A stretch of 64,000 nucleotides of DNA from Candidatus Iainarchaeum sp. (GCA_043808155.1 JAZDFD010000012.1:1-64000); one strand, 5' to 3'; shown: positions 20,325 through 30,247, counted from the stretch's first letter. Numbers and translations are program-made. Notes: generated from the letters alone by a model not told the origin.

Positions 20325-21010
20325 TTTGCACCACCTGTTTTGTTCCTCTTTTTTATAATTTCATTATTAACTAGTTTACCATCTTTCAAGTTAATTATCC
20401 GTTCTGCAAGTTCTCCAATTTCTCGTTCGTGTGTTACCATCAGCACAGTTTTCCCGTGTTTTACGTTAAGGTCATCTATTATGTCAAGAACCTGTTCTCC
20501 GCTTTTTGAATCCAAATTTCCTGTTGGTTCATCTGCAACAATAATATCAGGATTATTTGCAAGTGCTCTTGCAATTGCAACTCTCTGTTTTTGCCCACCT
20601 GACAGTTCATTCGGTCTGTGCATCATTCTGTCTTCTAAACCAACATCTGCCAACACTTTTTTTGCAATAGTTTCTCTTTTTGCAGGTTCAATTCCCTCAA
20701 ACCATAATGGAAGCATAACATTTTCAATTGCAGTCATTCTTGGAATTAAATTAAATGTCTGGAAAACAAAACCAAGTGTTTTTCCTCTGATACGTGCTAA
20801 TTGATTATCATCCATTTTTGAAATTGGTTTGCTGCGGATGTAAACTTCACCATGAGTTGGTCTTAACAATGCACTTAAAACATTCAGAAGAGTTGTTTTA
20901 CCGCTTCCACTTGGACCCATAATTGCAACATATTCTCCCTGCTTAATATCAATAGAAATATCATCCAGTGCTTTTACCTTAACTTTGCCCATGTCAAATA
21001 TTTTTGACAC
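20321..21010 (-). CDS. ABC transporter ATPase (LolD/MacB type)
   Basis: GPSGSGKT, LSGGQKQR, ADEPTGNLD; true start may be upstream at 21037. Confidence 0.93.
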   Translation of the reverse strand: MSKIFDMGKVKVKALDDISIDIKQGEYVAIMGPSGSGKTTLLNVLSALLRPTHGEVYIRSKPISKMDDNQLARIRGKTLGFVFQTFNLIPRMTAIENVMLPLWFEGIEPAKRETIAKKVLADVGLEDRMMHRPNELSGGQKQRVAIARALANNPDIIVADEPTGNLDSKSGEQVLDIIDDLNVKHGKTVLMVTHEREIGELAERIINLKDGKLVNNEIIKKRNKTGGAK

Positions 21011-21046
21011 ATTTACTGCTTTTACAATTGAATCTATTTTTTCACC

Positions 21047-21526
21047 CTATTTTTCACAGCCCATTTGAAGCATATGCTCCATTAATTTTTCTGCCTGTTT
21101 AACCTGCTTGTAATAATTCTCTAAATTTTTCAATGCGTCTTTAGATTCTTGAGAGTTTTCTTTTTTATAATGTTCTATTATTTTAGGGATTTTTTCCAGT
21201 GATGGTTTGACAACTTTTTCAAGTTTTTTTCTCATTAACTGGATTGTGGTTTTCACCATGTCTTTTTCCATGTAAAAATAAACTTTCCTTGATTTTGGTT
21301 TTTTCATTTTTTTTATAAGCCCGATATTTTCCAGAAATTTCATTGAAGTGCTTACTGCTGAAAGACTATAGCCTGTGCGCTCTGCTAATTCTTCCAGCGA
21401 AATCTCAGTTGATTCAACATACAAAATACCCATTGCTTTTGAGGGCAAATCATCCAGTCCATTGGCTTTTGAATTCTCTGTTACTAATTTGATAAATTCT
21501 TCTTTTGCTGAGCTCATCCATAACAC
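21047..21526 (-). CDS. GbsR/MarR-type HTH regulator
   Basis: SLEELAERTGYSLSAVST...L...GLI. Confidence 0.8.
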   Translation of the reverse strand: MLWMSSAKEEFIKLVTENSKANGLDDLPSKAMGILYVESTEISLEELAERTGYSLSAVSTSMKFLENIGLIKKMKKPKSRKVYFYMEKDMVKTTIQLMRKKLEKVVKPSLEKIPKIIEHYKKENSQESKDALKNLENYYKQVKQAEKLMEHMLQMGCEK

Positions 21527-21641
21527 ACCTTTCTGAACTTTCAGAATATACTAAAAGTTATGAAAACCCCTTATAAATGTTCTGCTTGTTTCAAATCTAA
21601 AAATTCCCTTAAAAACTTACTTATCCTAAAATTATTCAATT

Positions 21642-21714
21642 GGGCTTGTGGTCTAGTGGCTATGACATCGCCTTCACATGGCGGGAGTCGGGAGTTCGAA
21701 TCTCCCCAGGCCCA
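21642..21714 (+). tRNA. tRNA-Val(CAC)
   Basis: GGGCTTG/CAGGCCC acceptor stem; TCGCC-TTCACAT-GGCGG anticodon arm; GTTCGAA T-loop. Confidence 0.93.
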
Positions 21715-21839
21715 CTTAGCCGCACCGGAAAGACCCGGTGGAGATCTGTGCACCTTCGGTAGCACTGGCGCAGTCCAAATGAACTGGCATCGCCAACTGT
21801 ATTTTATACATTTTCAATCGTATTTTATTGGTGATTTAA

Positions 21840-22124
21840 ATGAAATTAACTTTTTGTCCGAGATGCGCGGGAATTGATCTAAGAAAAGATTCAAATACTG
21901 GGATGCAGAAGTGCAACAGATGCGGTTATTTTGGAAAAATGAGTGAAGGCGCAATGGATGAAATTAATTCTTATAAAACAAAATTAAATAAAAGCATGAG
22001 TTCTTCTGAAACATTTGCTAATGAACGTGTTGAAATGCCAAATCCGGAAAAATCCCAAAATCAGCTGAAAGAAAGATTAAAATCTCTCAAAGGAAAATCA
22101 AATCAAAATTCCGAATTTCTTTAA
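21840..22124 (+). CDS. Small zinc-ribbon protein
   Basis: CPRC...CNRCGY; GGTGA RBS. Confidence 0.7.
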   Translation: MKLTFCPRCAGIDLRKDSNTGMQKCNRCGYFGKMSEGAMDEINSYKTKLNKSMSSSETFANERVEMPNPEKSQNQLKERLKSLKGKSNQNSEFL

Positions 22125-22133
22125 ATCTGATTT

Positions 22134-24449
22134 TTAATTTAACTTGTCCTTGTCAACCCAGTGGATATGAACAAATTCATTTGAATAAATTTTATCCAAA
22201 AACTGGAATTCAATTTCTTCCTTGTAAGTATTATCCCCCACTGGTTTTTCATCTAAATATATTGATCTGTTAATTACATAATCAATACTATATTCTTTCA
22301 GAATCTCAGGATCTTTTTCTTTTAAAAATCTGAAACTATCATCTATCATCTGTTCATTTGCATATTCTACTGCCAAATCTGCAGAAGATTTTCTCTGTGC
22401 ATCATGAATGAAGGGGTGCCCGAGATAAGGTTCATTCAAAAAGTTTGCTTCAGTTGATGAATAGTCTGCAGTATAATTAAATGAATGTGACAAAGAAGGC
22501 GGAACAGTGTAAAAATTCAGAATTATGAAAAACATTATGACATAGCTTAATGAAAAAAAAGCAGCTGTTGCGTATTCTGAAAATTTATCTTTCAAAAAAT
22601 CTTTTGGAAACAGTAATGAAATTAATAATGCAAATGCAACTGTTGCCGCAACATTAATTCTGTATGAAACGAAAAGCTGTATGAATAAATAAACCAGAAG
22701 CATGCCCAAAACCCTTAATGAAAAATTATCAAATTTGCTTTTTCCGGAAAGCAAAAACGGAGCAATAAATACTGCAATTAACATTAAAATTGGCAGATAA
22801 TCCAGGAAGAATCCGTACAAAGGAATGCTCCAGAAATATCCCCATACATCGTATTTTGCCTGACTCGGAATTCCCGAACTCAAAAATGTCGGGATGAAAA
22901 ATATAAATGCAATTATTGCACCTATCACCAATGCTTTAACTAATTCGAAGACCTGTTCTTTCTTTTGAATCAGCAACGGACTTAATGCAATGAAAATCGC
23001 GTACAAAGGTCCCTGAATAAATGTGCAGAACCCCAACACAACTCCACTCATAACTCCTTTATTTCGTCTGAGCAGATACATACTCAAAATTAAAAATGAA
23101 TAACTTATAACATGCCGTATATTAAAACTGAAATCGCTGAAAACAAAGCCCCCGAATAATACTACGGCAGCTCCTAAAAATGCTTTTTTCTCAAGACCAT
23201 AACTCCTGAAAAATAAATATAGCGATGCAACAAACGCAATCTGTGAAAGCAGCATAATTATTGCATAACTTTGCTGTCCTTCCAGTCCCGTCAACCACCC
23301 AATCCCTGGTTTAATGTAAAAATAAGCTGACATATAACCATAAGGTTTTGTTCCAAGAAAACTGAATTCATCAATCTCTGGAATTTTTTCAATTTCAGTA
23401 ATTGTTTTTGACTGCCTTTCATAAAAACTTGTCCAGACTCCGTAATAACTGAAAGTGAACATATTGAAAATAAGTGCAGACCCAAGAATAAGTGCAATCA
23501 GCAAAATAATCATGGGACTTGCTTTTTTTATCATTTCCGAACATTTAACATTTTCAAGAGAATCTTTTTTCTTAAGGTTTTTTCTGAAAAAAATACTTAT
23601 TGCAATAATCGCAATTAAAATTCCAACAACATAATTAAATGCATTAAGTGTTCCGGTAACTAAAAGTGCAAAAAACAAGATAACAAAAATTGAAAAAAAT
23701 GAAACCAGAGTAAATGCAATGCGTTCTGCAAAATCATTTTCTCTGAAAACAAAAGTCCACAAAACAAAAATCAAAACAGAAAGTATTGCAATCCCGAAAA
23801 TATTATTCATATGAAATTTAGGTTCCTTTGAAATTGTAAGTGTTTTCTCAATTCCCTGGAATTCTGCTTTAATTTCATTTTCCCCTTCCTGCAATTTCAC
23901 TGTCTCAGCAGAGGAAAATTCATTTCCAGAAAAATAAACTCTGTGGTCTAAGTTACCATTAACATAAATTGAAACAGGGGCATAGGCTTTTCCGTCATAA
24001 TTATTTATCTCAATTTCAACTTTTTCATTTTCTGCACTTAAAAAAAATTCAGGAACAGTTTTCTCATAGTTCTGTACTACCACATGATAAAACAAGGTAT
24101 GAGACCCGAAAAACATTGTAACTTTGTTTTCACCAGAATTCAAAAACTCTGAAGAAACACACTCACTAATCCCATGTCTGTTTGAAACATCAACTTTTTT
24201 CTGCAGTACAACAGACTCATTTGCAACTATGGTCATATCCTGAAAATTTTCCGTGTAATAATTTGATTCAATTCCCATTATGAAGCAGCTGTCCTCGTCC
24301 TCACTAACTTTTTTGTCAAACTCCTCCAGAAATATGTTTACTGATTTGAAATCTCCTGAAAAAGTTCCCCAGTAAAAGCTGCCCTGCCATGCAATAACTA
24401 ATAATAAAAAAATCCCTGCAAACAGCAGTATCTGATTTTTAGTAATCAT
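22134..24449 (-). CDS. Multi-pass membrane protein, possible GT-C glycosyltransferase
   Basis: Extracellular N-terminal domain, 12 or more transmembrane segments, C-terminal LKEYSIDYV...IYSN similar to STT3-like C-termini. Confidence 0.55.
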   Translation of the reverse strand: MITKNQILLFAGIFLLLVIAWQGSFYWGTFSGDFKSVNIFLEEFDKKVSEDEDSCFIMGIESNYYTENFQDMTIVANESVVLQKKVDVSNRHGISECVSSEFLNSGENKVTMFFGSHTLFYHVVVQNYEKTVPEFFLSAENEKVEIEINNYDGKAYAPVSIYVNGNLDHRVYFSGNEFSSAETVKLQEGENEIKAEFQGIEKTLTISKEPKFHMNNIFGIAILSVLIFVLWTFVFRENDFAERIAFTLVSFFSIFVILFFALLVTGTLNAFNYVVGILIAIIAISIFFRKNLKKKDSLENVKCSEMIKKASPMIILLIALILGSALIFNMFTFSYYGVWTSFYERQSKTITEIEKIPEIDEFSFLGTKPYGYMSAYFYIKPGIGWLTGLEGQQSYAIIMLLSQIAFVASLYLFFRSYGLEKKAFLGAAVVLFGGFVFSDFSFNIRHVISYSFLILSMYLLRRNKGVMSGVVLGFCTFIQGPLYAIFIALSPLLIQKKEQVFELVKALVIGAIIAFIFFIPTFLSSGIPSQAKYDVWGYFWSIPLYGFFLDYLPILMLIAVFIAPFLLSGKSKFDNFSLRVLGMLLVYLFIQLFVSYRINVAATVAFALLISLLFPKDFLKDKFSEYATAAFFSLSYVIMFFIILNFYTVPPSLSHSFNYTADYSSTEANFLNEPYLGHPFIHDAQRKSSADLAVEYANEQMIDDSFRFLKEKDPEILKEYSIDYVINRSIYLDEKPVGDNTYKEEIEFQFLDKIYSNEFVHIHWVDKDKLN

Positions 24450-24485
24450 CTAAGAAATTTTATACAGAAAGCTTTAAAACTGCCC

Positions 24486-27080
24486 TTATCTGAGGAATGC
24501 GCTGGCAGTAACACCTGCATCCCATGAATATCTCGGCCTGACTCTAATCATCCAGATTTTCTCAGTATTGTCATCTATAATCAGTGCATAACCCTTTTCT
24601 TTGGGCATTTCTGCATAATACTTATCCAGATCCTGATGCAGATAACTCGGTCTTAATGCAGAAACTGCATCAATATCAGGTTTTGAAGTCATTCTGTGAC
24701 TTATGAATAAATCACACTGGGAGATGGCATCGGGATGCAGTTTATTCGGACGTTGTGTTGCCAACAAAAGGCTCAAACCTGGTTGCCGTCCCACACGCAC
24801 CCATTCAAGCAGAACTCTTAATGCAATATTGTCTTCATCTTTGGGCATGAACATATGCGCTTCATCAATCATCATCCAGATAATTGGCATTGAACTTTCT
24901 TTTGTTTTCCCCTGAATTAGTTTCATTTCTTCTTCCTTTCTGTAAAGCATTCTTTCTTCAAAAAGTTTTTTTCCAAGCAGTGCAACAATAATGTCTTTAG
25001 TTCCTTCCATTCCAATTGCCTGTCTGTAAGCAGAAACATCAATAATTGTAACTTTTCCCGGCTTTGTAATATCTTTTATTTTAGTTCCTTCCTTTTCAAT
25101 CAAACCCCAGCTTTTTGCAATGTTTATTCTGTTAATAGTTGCCTGTTTTTCATGTGGGGAAGATTCTGTATCCTGCTTTATTGCAGTTATAATATCGTCA
25201 AGCCCAAAGTAGGTTCCCATTTTTTCTTTTATTGTTTCAATAACACGTGTAAGGAGAATTCCTTCGGGATCTCTCCATGTAAGTTTAAATAATGCCATCC
25301 ATTCAATTGCTTCCAATTCACTTGCTTTTAATGTGAATGCACCATCAACAGGAATGTTTTTTTCTTTGTAAAATTTAAGTTTTCCTTTGGGTACAAAAAC
25401 TTTTGTGTCTGTTCCCGCTGGTTCCAAATCCCAGCTTTTCAAATATTCTACGTTCGCAGTATCTGGTAATTTCAAACTCCAAAAAATTCCAACAGTATCA
25501 ATCACAATAACTGACACTCTTGATTTCACACTCGGCGGAAGTCTTGCAAATTCTTCTATAAGAACTGCCATAGTGTAACTGTTGTGAATTATTATGTCAT
25601 TTGCTACAAAATTGTGCATTTCAGGAACTGAAATATCGTAGACTGTTGTTTTTTCATTTATTTCCTCAATTTTTTTTATCTCATCCCAGTAAACATCTGA
25701 TTCTGCAATATTTTGAATTAATTCATTTTCATCCGCAAGTGCAATTTGCAATAATTTATTTCTGCTCGGTGAATATCTAACACTTTCCCGTAATGCTTTT
25801 GGATGCTTGTAACCAATTTTTCTTCCAACCGCAGCCCAGTTTTCAGGAATATAATAATCCCAGATTTCTTTCGGAATTGTGTCTAAATTAGGATTGAATT
25901 TCTTGTCTTTAATGTCTTTTTGAAATTGCGCCTGCAATTCCTCTTTTTTCCCAAAGAACCCAATTTGATTTATAAACTCCTTGCAGAATTGACCCTCAAT
26001 AGTTAATTCAAATGATGTAAACTGTTTTCCATCCAAAATAATTTTTTTATCTCTTAGAATCGAAACAATCCCAAATTTAAGCAATAAGTGCTGAATCTGT
26101 TTTATCATTTTTTCAGAACTTGAACAATAGCTTATCCGATATCTTGTGTCTTCTTTCCAGATGCTACCGTCACAGGAAAACAAACGGTTCAGGAATAGTG
26201 CTGTTTTTTGTTTTGTTAGTGAGAAGACTTCTTTTGGAATTGTTTTTTCTGTTGCTTTAAATCCGTATGCGCCAATCGAAATAAGCCAATCTTTCAACGA
26301 GTGCTGTTTCTCAAATATAATTCCCTTTGCAAATTTCCCTTCATTTCTTACATTTTTTTCAATTTTTTGTTTAAATTCTTTGCATACTACTCTGAATTGC
26401 TCTTCAGTATTTTTCATTTTTTTGACAGTGAGTTTTTCATCAAAAGTTATTACTGCTTTTTTGAAATCATTTTGGATTTTTTTATCAGTGTTCGTGAACC
26501 ATACTGCTTTTCGCATTGTGTGGCCTTCTGCAATAAGATATGCCAATAGTTTAATCTGTGATTCACTCATGAATTCATTGCCGAAGAAACTTATTTTTCT
26601 TGGCGTAGCAATGCGTGAACCTTCTGAAAGTTCACTTACTGGTTTCCACCCGTCAATTGTAAGCAAGGGGTGTTCAGGAGTCAAAGTTATTTCTTTCCCT
26701 GCTCGTGTTGTTATTTTCAAAACTTTTTCTACTTCTCTGCTGAAAAAATCACTTTTTTTTGCAGGTTCTAATTTGTAGCTTTCATTTAATGCAATTATTT
26801 TTTTTGAATTTTTTTTCAAATTTTCAATTTTTTCAATAGATCCATCTTCAAGAATTATTTCGGTATCTCCTGAAACGCATTTTCCTCCTCCGCGCTTGCC
26901 GCATACAAGCATAACATGCGGCATTGCTAAATCAATAAGGATTTTTCTTCCCATTACTGGAGTTTCACCTGAACTCATTACAACTTTTCCCAGATAACCA
27001 GTGCCGTCTTCCCCGTATTTCTCAATATCCGAAAGGGAACGCCCCACAATTGAACTCTTTTCACTAAGCTCCATAGCCAT
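24486..27080 (-). CDS. HerA/FtsK-like (DUF87) ATPase containing an intein
   Basis: Walker A GKRGGGK|SYT split by the intein; IDEAH, GRQPG, ATQRP. Confidence 0.88.
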   Translation of the reverse strand: MAMELSEKSSIVGRSLSDIEKYGEDGTGYLGKVVMSSGETPVMGRKILIDLAMPHVMLVCGKRGGGKCVSGDTEIILEDGSIEKIENLKKNSKKIIALNESYKLEPAKKSDFFSREVEKVLKITTRAGKEITLTPEHPLLTIDGWKPVSELSEGSRIATPRKISFFGNEFMSESQIKLLAYLIAEGHTMRKAVWFTNTDKKIQNDFKKAVITFDEKLTVKKMKNTEEQFRVVCKEFKQKIEKNVRNEGKFAKGIIFEKQHSLKDWLISIGAYGFKATEKTIPKEVFSLTKQKTALFLNRLFSCDGSIWKEDTRYRISYCSSSEKMIKQIQHLLLKFGIVSILRDKKIILDGKQFTSFELTIEGQFCKEFINQIGFFGKKEELQAQFQKDIKDKKFNPNLDTIPKEIWDYYIPENWAAVGRKIGYKHPKALRESVRYSPSRNKLLQIALADENELIQNIAESDVYWDEIKKIEEINEKTTVYDISVPEMHNFVANDIIIHNSYTMAVLIEEFARLPPSVKSRVSVIVIDTVGIFWSLKLPDTANVEYLKSWDLEPAGTDTKVFVPKGKLKFYKEKNIPVDGAFTLKASELEAIEWMALFKLTWRDPEGILLTRVIETIKEKMGTYFGLDDIITAIKQDTESSPHEKQATINRINIAKSWGLIEKEGTKIKDITKPGKVTIIDVSAYRQAIGMEGTKDIIVALLGKKLFEERMLYRKEEEMKLIQGKTKESSMPIIWMMIDEAHMFMPKDEDNIALRVLLEWVRVGRQPGLSLLLATQRPNKLHPDAISQCDLFISHRMTSKPDIDAVSALRPSYLHQDLDKYYAEMPKEKGYALIIDDNTEKIWMIRVRPRYSWDAGVTASAFLR
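25581..26879 (-). mobile_element. Intein with LAGLIDADG homing endonuclease (433 aa)
   Basis: Starts CVSGDT; block B TPEHP; LAYLIAEG and LFSCDG; ends HNFVAND...HN followed by Ser. Confidence 0.93.
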
Positions 27081-27203
27081 GCTATCATTAACACTTTTGA
27101 ATATTTAAATGTTATATCTGCGTGTTTATAGTTCCTCTACTGAATTAAAACTTCCTTTAATATCAGCGAAAACTTTAAATGTAAGCCCCCACTTATTTAT
27201 ACC

Positions 27204-27662
27204 ATGGCTGATTTAAAAGAACAGGAAGAAACCTACAGACTTCTCATCAGAAAAATTGATACTGAATTAACAAAATTTGAGAAATTAAAAGAAAAAATAA
27301 AATCAAAAAGAAGAGAAGTTACTGACGAAGTTAAAAAAGCGGGATTTGATACTGTTCCTGTTAGAATAACTCCGCATTCAAACACTAAAGACGATTTAAT
27401 TTCTGAAATTGAAACTCACATTATGTCTCTTACGAAAACCAAAAATTTCATAAGTATGAAATTAGAGTCAATAATGCAGGAAGAAGAACTTTTGGCAGAA
27501 TTAAAAAAGAAATTCAAAGACAGTGTCAAACTAACAAAATTAGAGCATGGTGAATTTGAACTTAATTTCACTGATGCTGAAACAAAAGATGCTTACACTG
27601 AACTTTCTCAAAGTACAAAACTCATTGAAAACATAAAGAAAACAATGCAAAACAAAGAATAA
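27204..27662 (+). CDS. Coiled-coil hypothetical protein
   Basis: Lys/Glu-rich heptads. Confidence 0.6.
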   Translation: MADLKEQEETYRLLIRKIDTELTKFEKLKEKIKSKRREVTDEVKKAGFDTVPVRITPHSNTKDDLISEIETHIMSLTKTKNFISMKLESIMQEEELLAELKKKFKDSVKLTKLEHGEFELNFTDAETKDAYTELSQSTKLIENIKKTMQNKE

Positions 27663-27672
27663 GTTTTAAATC

Positions 27673-28803
27673 GTGAACAAGATGAATAATTGGAATTTTT
27701 TTAACCCAGTTGACGTTGCTTTTGGTGAAGGACGATTTGCAGAGTTTGCAGATTTTGCATCAAAATTTGAAAATAAAAGAATACTTCTTGTTACTGGAAA
27801 ATCATCCATGACAAAATTAGGTTTCACTGGAAAAATAAAAAAATTCTTTTCAGGAAATGAGATCGAGGTTTTCAATAAAGTTGAGCCAAATCCCTCATTA
27901 AAAACTATTGATGAATCTGCACAGTTTGCACGTTTATTTCATCCTGATTTAATTATTGGTTTAGGCGGAGGCTCTGCAATTGATGCTGCGAAATTCTGTG
28001 CTGCGTTAAACACAAACCCCGGGGATGCAAAAGACTATTTTTATGATAAAAAAGAATTTTCAAAACCCGCTACGACTTTAGTTGCAATTACAACAACTTC
28101 AGGAACCGGAAGTGAAGTTACACCCTATGGTGTTTATACTGACCATGAAAAAAATTTAAAGCAGGGATTTTCAACTCCTGTATTTTTTGCTCAAAAAGCA
28201 ATTGTTGATCCTTCATTGACTGTTTCAATGAGCAAAGACTTAACTTCCTCAACAGGACTTGATGCATTTTCTCATGGTATTGAATCTTTGTGGAGTCCTA
28301 AGGCATCTAAGTTTTCACAATTGTTTTCAGTTGAAGCAATAAAATTAGTTTATGAAAATCTGATTAACACAATTCACAAACCACTTAATATTGAACTCAG
28401 AACTTCAATGAGCCATGGACAACTTTTAGCAGGTTATTCAATTTCATTAGCAGGTACGAATGCAATGCATGCATTTTCATATCCCTTGACTGTGAAATAT
28501 AATGTTCCTCATGGAACTGCGTGTGCAATAACAACTGTTGGTTTTATGAATGCAGTAAAAAAAGAAAAAAATAAAGAACTGCAGATGATTACTTGTGCTA
28601 TCGGAGCAGATAATATTGATGACGCAATTTCCAAAATTGAACAGTTTTTCCATGCTGCGGGTGTTAAGAAACTCAGTGATTATGGTGTAAGTGAGGAGGA
28701 TTTAGATGATTTATTAGATGGGACAAATGTCCCAAAAGTTAAGGCATCTTTCCCTAATTTTAATGAAGTAAAAATAAGAGAAGTTTTTGAAAACTCGTTA
28801 TAG
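27673..28803 (+). CDS. Iron-containing alcohol dehydrogenase family
   Basis: GGGSAIDAAK, TTSGTGSEVT, DAFSH, HA.SY, HG. Confidence 0.9.
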   Translation: MNKMNNWNFFNPVDVAFGEGRFAEFADFASKFENKRILLVTGKSSMTKLGFTGKIKKFFSGNEIEVFNKVEPNPSLKTIDESAQFARLFHPDLIIGLGGGSAIDAAKFCAALNTNPGDAKDYFYDKKEFSKPATTLVAITTTSGTGSEVTPYGVYTDHEKNLKQGFSTPVFFAQKAIVDPSLTVSMSKDLTSSTGLDAFSHGIESLWSPKASKFSQLFSVEAIKLVYENLINTIHKPLNIELRTSMSHGQLLAGYSISLAGTNAMHAFSYPLTVKYNVPHGTACAITTVGFMNAVKKEKNKELQMITCAIGADNIDDAISKIEQFFHAAGVKKLSDYGVSEEDLDDLLDGTNVPKVKASFPNFNEVKIREVFENSL

Positions 28804-29458
28804 TTTCCAAATATTATTTAAACTTACAAGCCCTATTTCTAATATGCCTGTAAGACCTTTACCCCCTGCACTTGTTAAACGCTTGACAAAATCGTCACGT
28901 GTTATAAGCGCGTATTTGGGCAATATGGAAAATTTGGACCATAGACCATATATTGAATTAGATGACCTCAGGGATACGCACTCATCAGGTGGGCGCGTAA
29001 GAGAAATGAATATTTCAAAAAATTTTCCAGGTGATGACTTAGTAATAAAGCGAGCGCACACTGGGCTTTTTGGTGAAGCAGAAATTAAAGATGACGCACC
29101 TGCTCGGATAATAAAACATTTTTCCGAACTTGTTGATAAACATAACTCACTATTCAAACCGGGCGACTATGAGCTTAGAAAACCAATAATTTATGATATT
29201 GGTCACGGACTTATAGCAATGGCAAAAACTGATGCACCATCTATCGAAGAAATGATTCATACGGATATTAGCCGAAGAACAAAAAGAGGACGCGCATTTA
29301 TGCGTAAGTTAATTAAAGATCACAACATAAGTGTTAAAAAATTCGAAGACATTTGTAAAACTCTGCGTACTAGAACAAAGCTCCCTTCTGCGCATCTGCT
29401 TGTGTTAGGTGTTGAAAATGGAAAAATTATTTTCATGCCTCTGCCTGACGTAGCATAA
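28787..29458 (+). CDS. Hypothetical protein
   Basis: 223-aa ORF; start probably ATG near 28843. Confidence 0.5.
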   Translation: MKTRYSFQILFKLTSPISNMPVRPLPPALVKRLTKSSRVISAYLGNMENLDHRPYIELDDLRDTHSSGGRVREMNISKNFPGDDLVIKRAHTGLFGEAEIKDDAPARIIKHFSELVDKHNSLFKPGDYELRKPIIYDIGHGLIAMAKTDAPSIEEMIHTDISRRTKRGRAFMRKLIKDHNISVKKFEDICKTLRTRTKLPSAHLLVLGVENGKIIFMPLPDVA

Positions 29459-29470
29459 TTTTAATTTTCT

Positions 29471-29651
29471 ATTAACAAATTTCAGGGGTTGGCAAGGGGA
29501 TGAAATCCAAAGTTCCATTAAAAAATTTCAGGGTTTGAAAAGGGACAGAGTCCCTATCCGGCGCTCCGGATGTGAGCATATGTGCCCTATCTTCGATAGG
29601 GCGGTAATTTACATTAACAAATTTCAGGGTATGAAAAGGGACAGAGTCCCT
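29471..29651 (+). repeat. Direct repeats (AAATTTCAGGG..AAGGGACAGAGTCCCT) enclosing hairpin element copy 5
   Basis: 39-bp copies at 29517-29555 and 29613-29651 with 2 mismatches; partial copy at 29471; ATATGT-GCCCTATC-TTC-GATAGGGC-GGTAATT at about 29578-29609. Confidence 0.85.
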
Positions 29652-29722
29652 TTCAGGCGAAGGAGTTGGGTATTTGAGAAAGTTGGCAAAGAGGTGGGGG
29701 TTGGGAGTTAAAAAGAAGTAAC

Positions 29723-30214
29723 TCATGACTTTGCCAAATACAGTACTTTTCTGCCAGACTGAACTTTTCTCAAATACCCTTCCTTATATAATTTATTTAA
29801 GCGCTGTGATGCTGCATTAGTTCCTTTGTAGCCTAATGCAGACTTTATATCTTTTGCTTCTACTGAGCCATTTTCCTGAACAAGATTAATAATCATCTGA
29901 TCCTGCTCAGGTAACACTTCAACTAATTCTCTATTCTCTGCCACCCCGTTCTTCTTCTTTTTTACTTCCTCTTTTCTTAGGTGGAAGTTTATTTCATCTA
30001 ATTTTTCACCAATTTGCTCCATTATTTTATTGGTTTGTTCCCGTTCCTGTGCCAGTTTGTACATCAGAACCGAGAGAAACGCAGGATTCTTGCTAAGTTC
30101 CATGATTTCCTGTAAATCAAGGCTTAAACCCTCGATTTTGGGATTTATCTTGTTAATTAGCTCTTCCTGACGCATTGTGTCATGAATATCCAGTGAAGTG
30201 TCATGATTTTTCAT
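29723..30214 (-). CDS. Coiled-coil plus winged-HTH regulator
   Basis: A..I...LG....AASQRLNKL...GYL; likely start 30175. Confidence 0.7.
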   Translation of the reverse strand: MKNHDTSLDIHDTMRQEELINKINPKIEGLSLDLQEIMELSKNPAFLSVLMYKLAQEREQTNKIMEQIGEKLDEINFHLRKEEVKKKKNGVAENRELVEVLPEQDQMIINLVQENGSVEAKDIKSALGYKGTNAASQRLNKLYKEGYLRKVQSGRKVLYLAKS

Positions 30215-30247
30215 AGCATATCATGATAGTGTCATGATATATATAAA
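30177..30247. promoter_or_regulatory. Four TCATGA palindromes next to a TATA box; candidate autoregulatory operator
   Basis: TCATGA at 30180, 30201, 30221 and 30232, three of them as GTGTCATGA. Confidence 0.55.

Noticed and set aside
21560-21877. ORFs spanning tRNA-Val (likewise 11530-11817 over tRNA-Leu)
   Set aside because: Shadow ORFs over tRNA genes.
26146-26778. Long antisense ORFs (also 19324-19881, 37894-38382, 52824-53348 and 56254-56730)
   Set aside because: Antisense shadows of well-supported genes, with Ser/Phe-rich composition.
29471-29651. Direct repeats as a mini CRISPR array
   Set aside because: Only two full copies plus a partial one, irregular spacing, the spacer is itself a dispersed repeat, and there are no cas genes.
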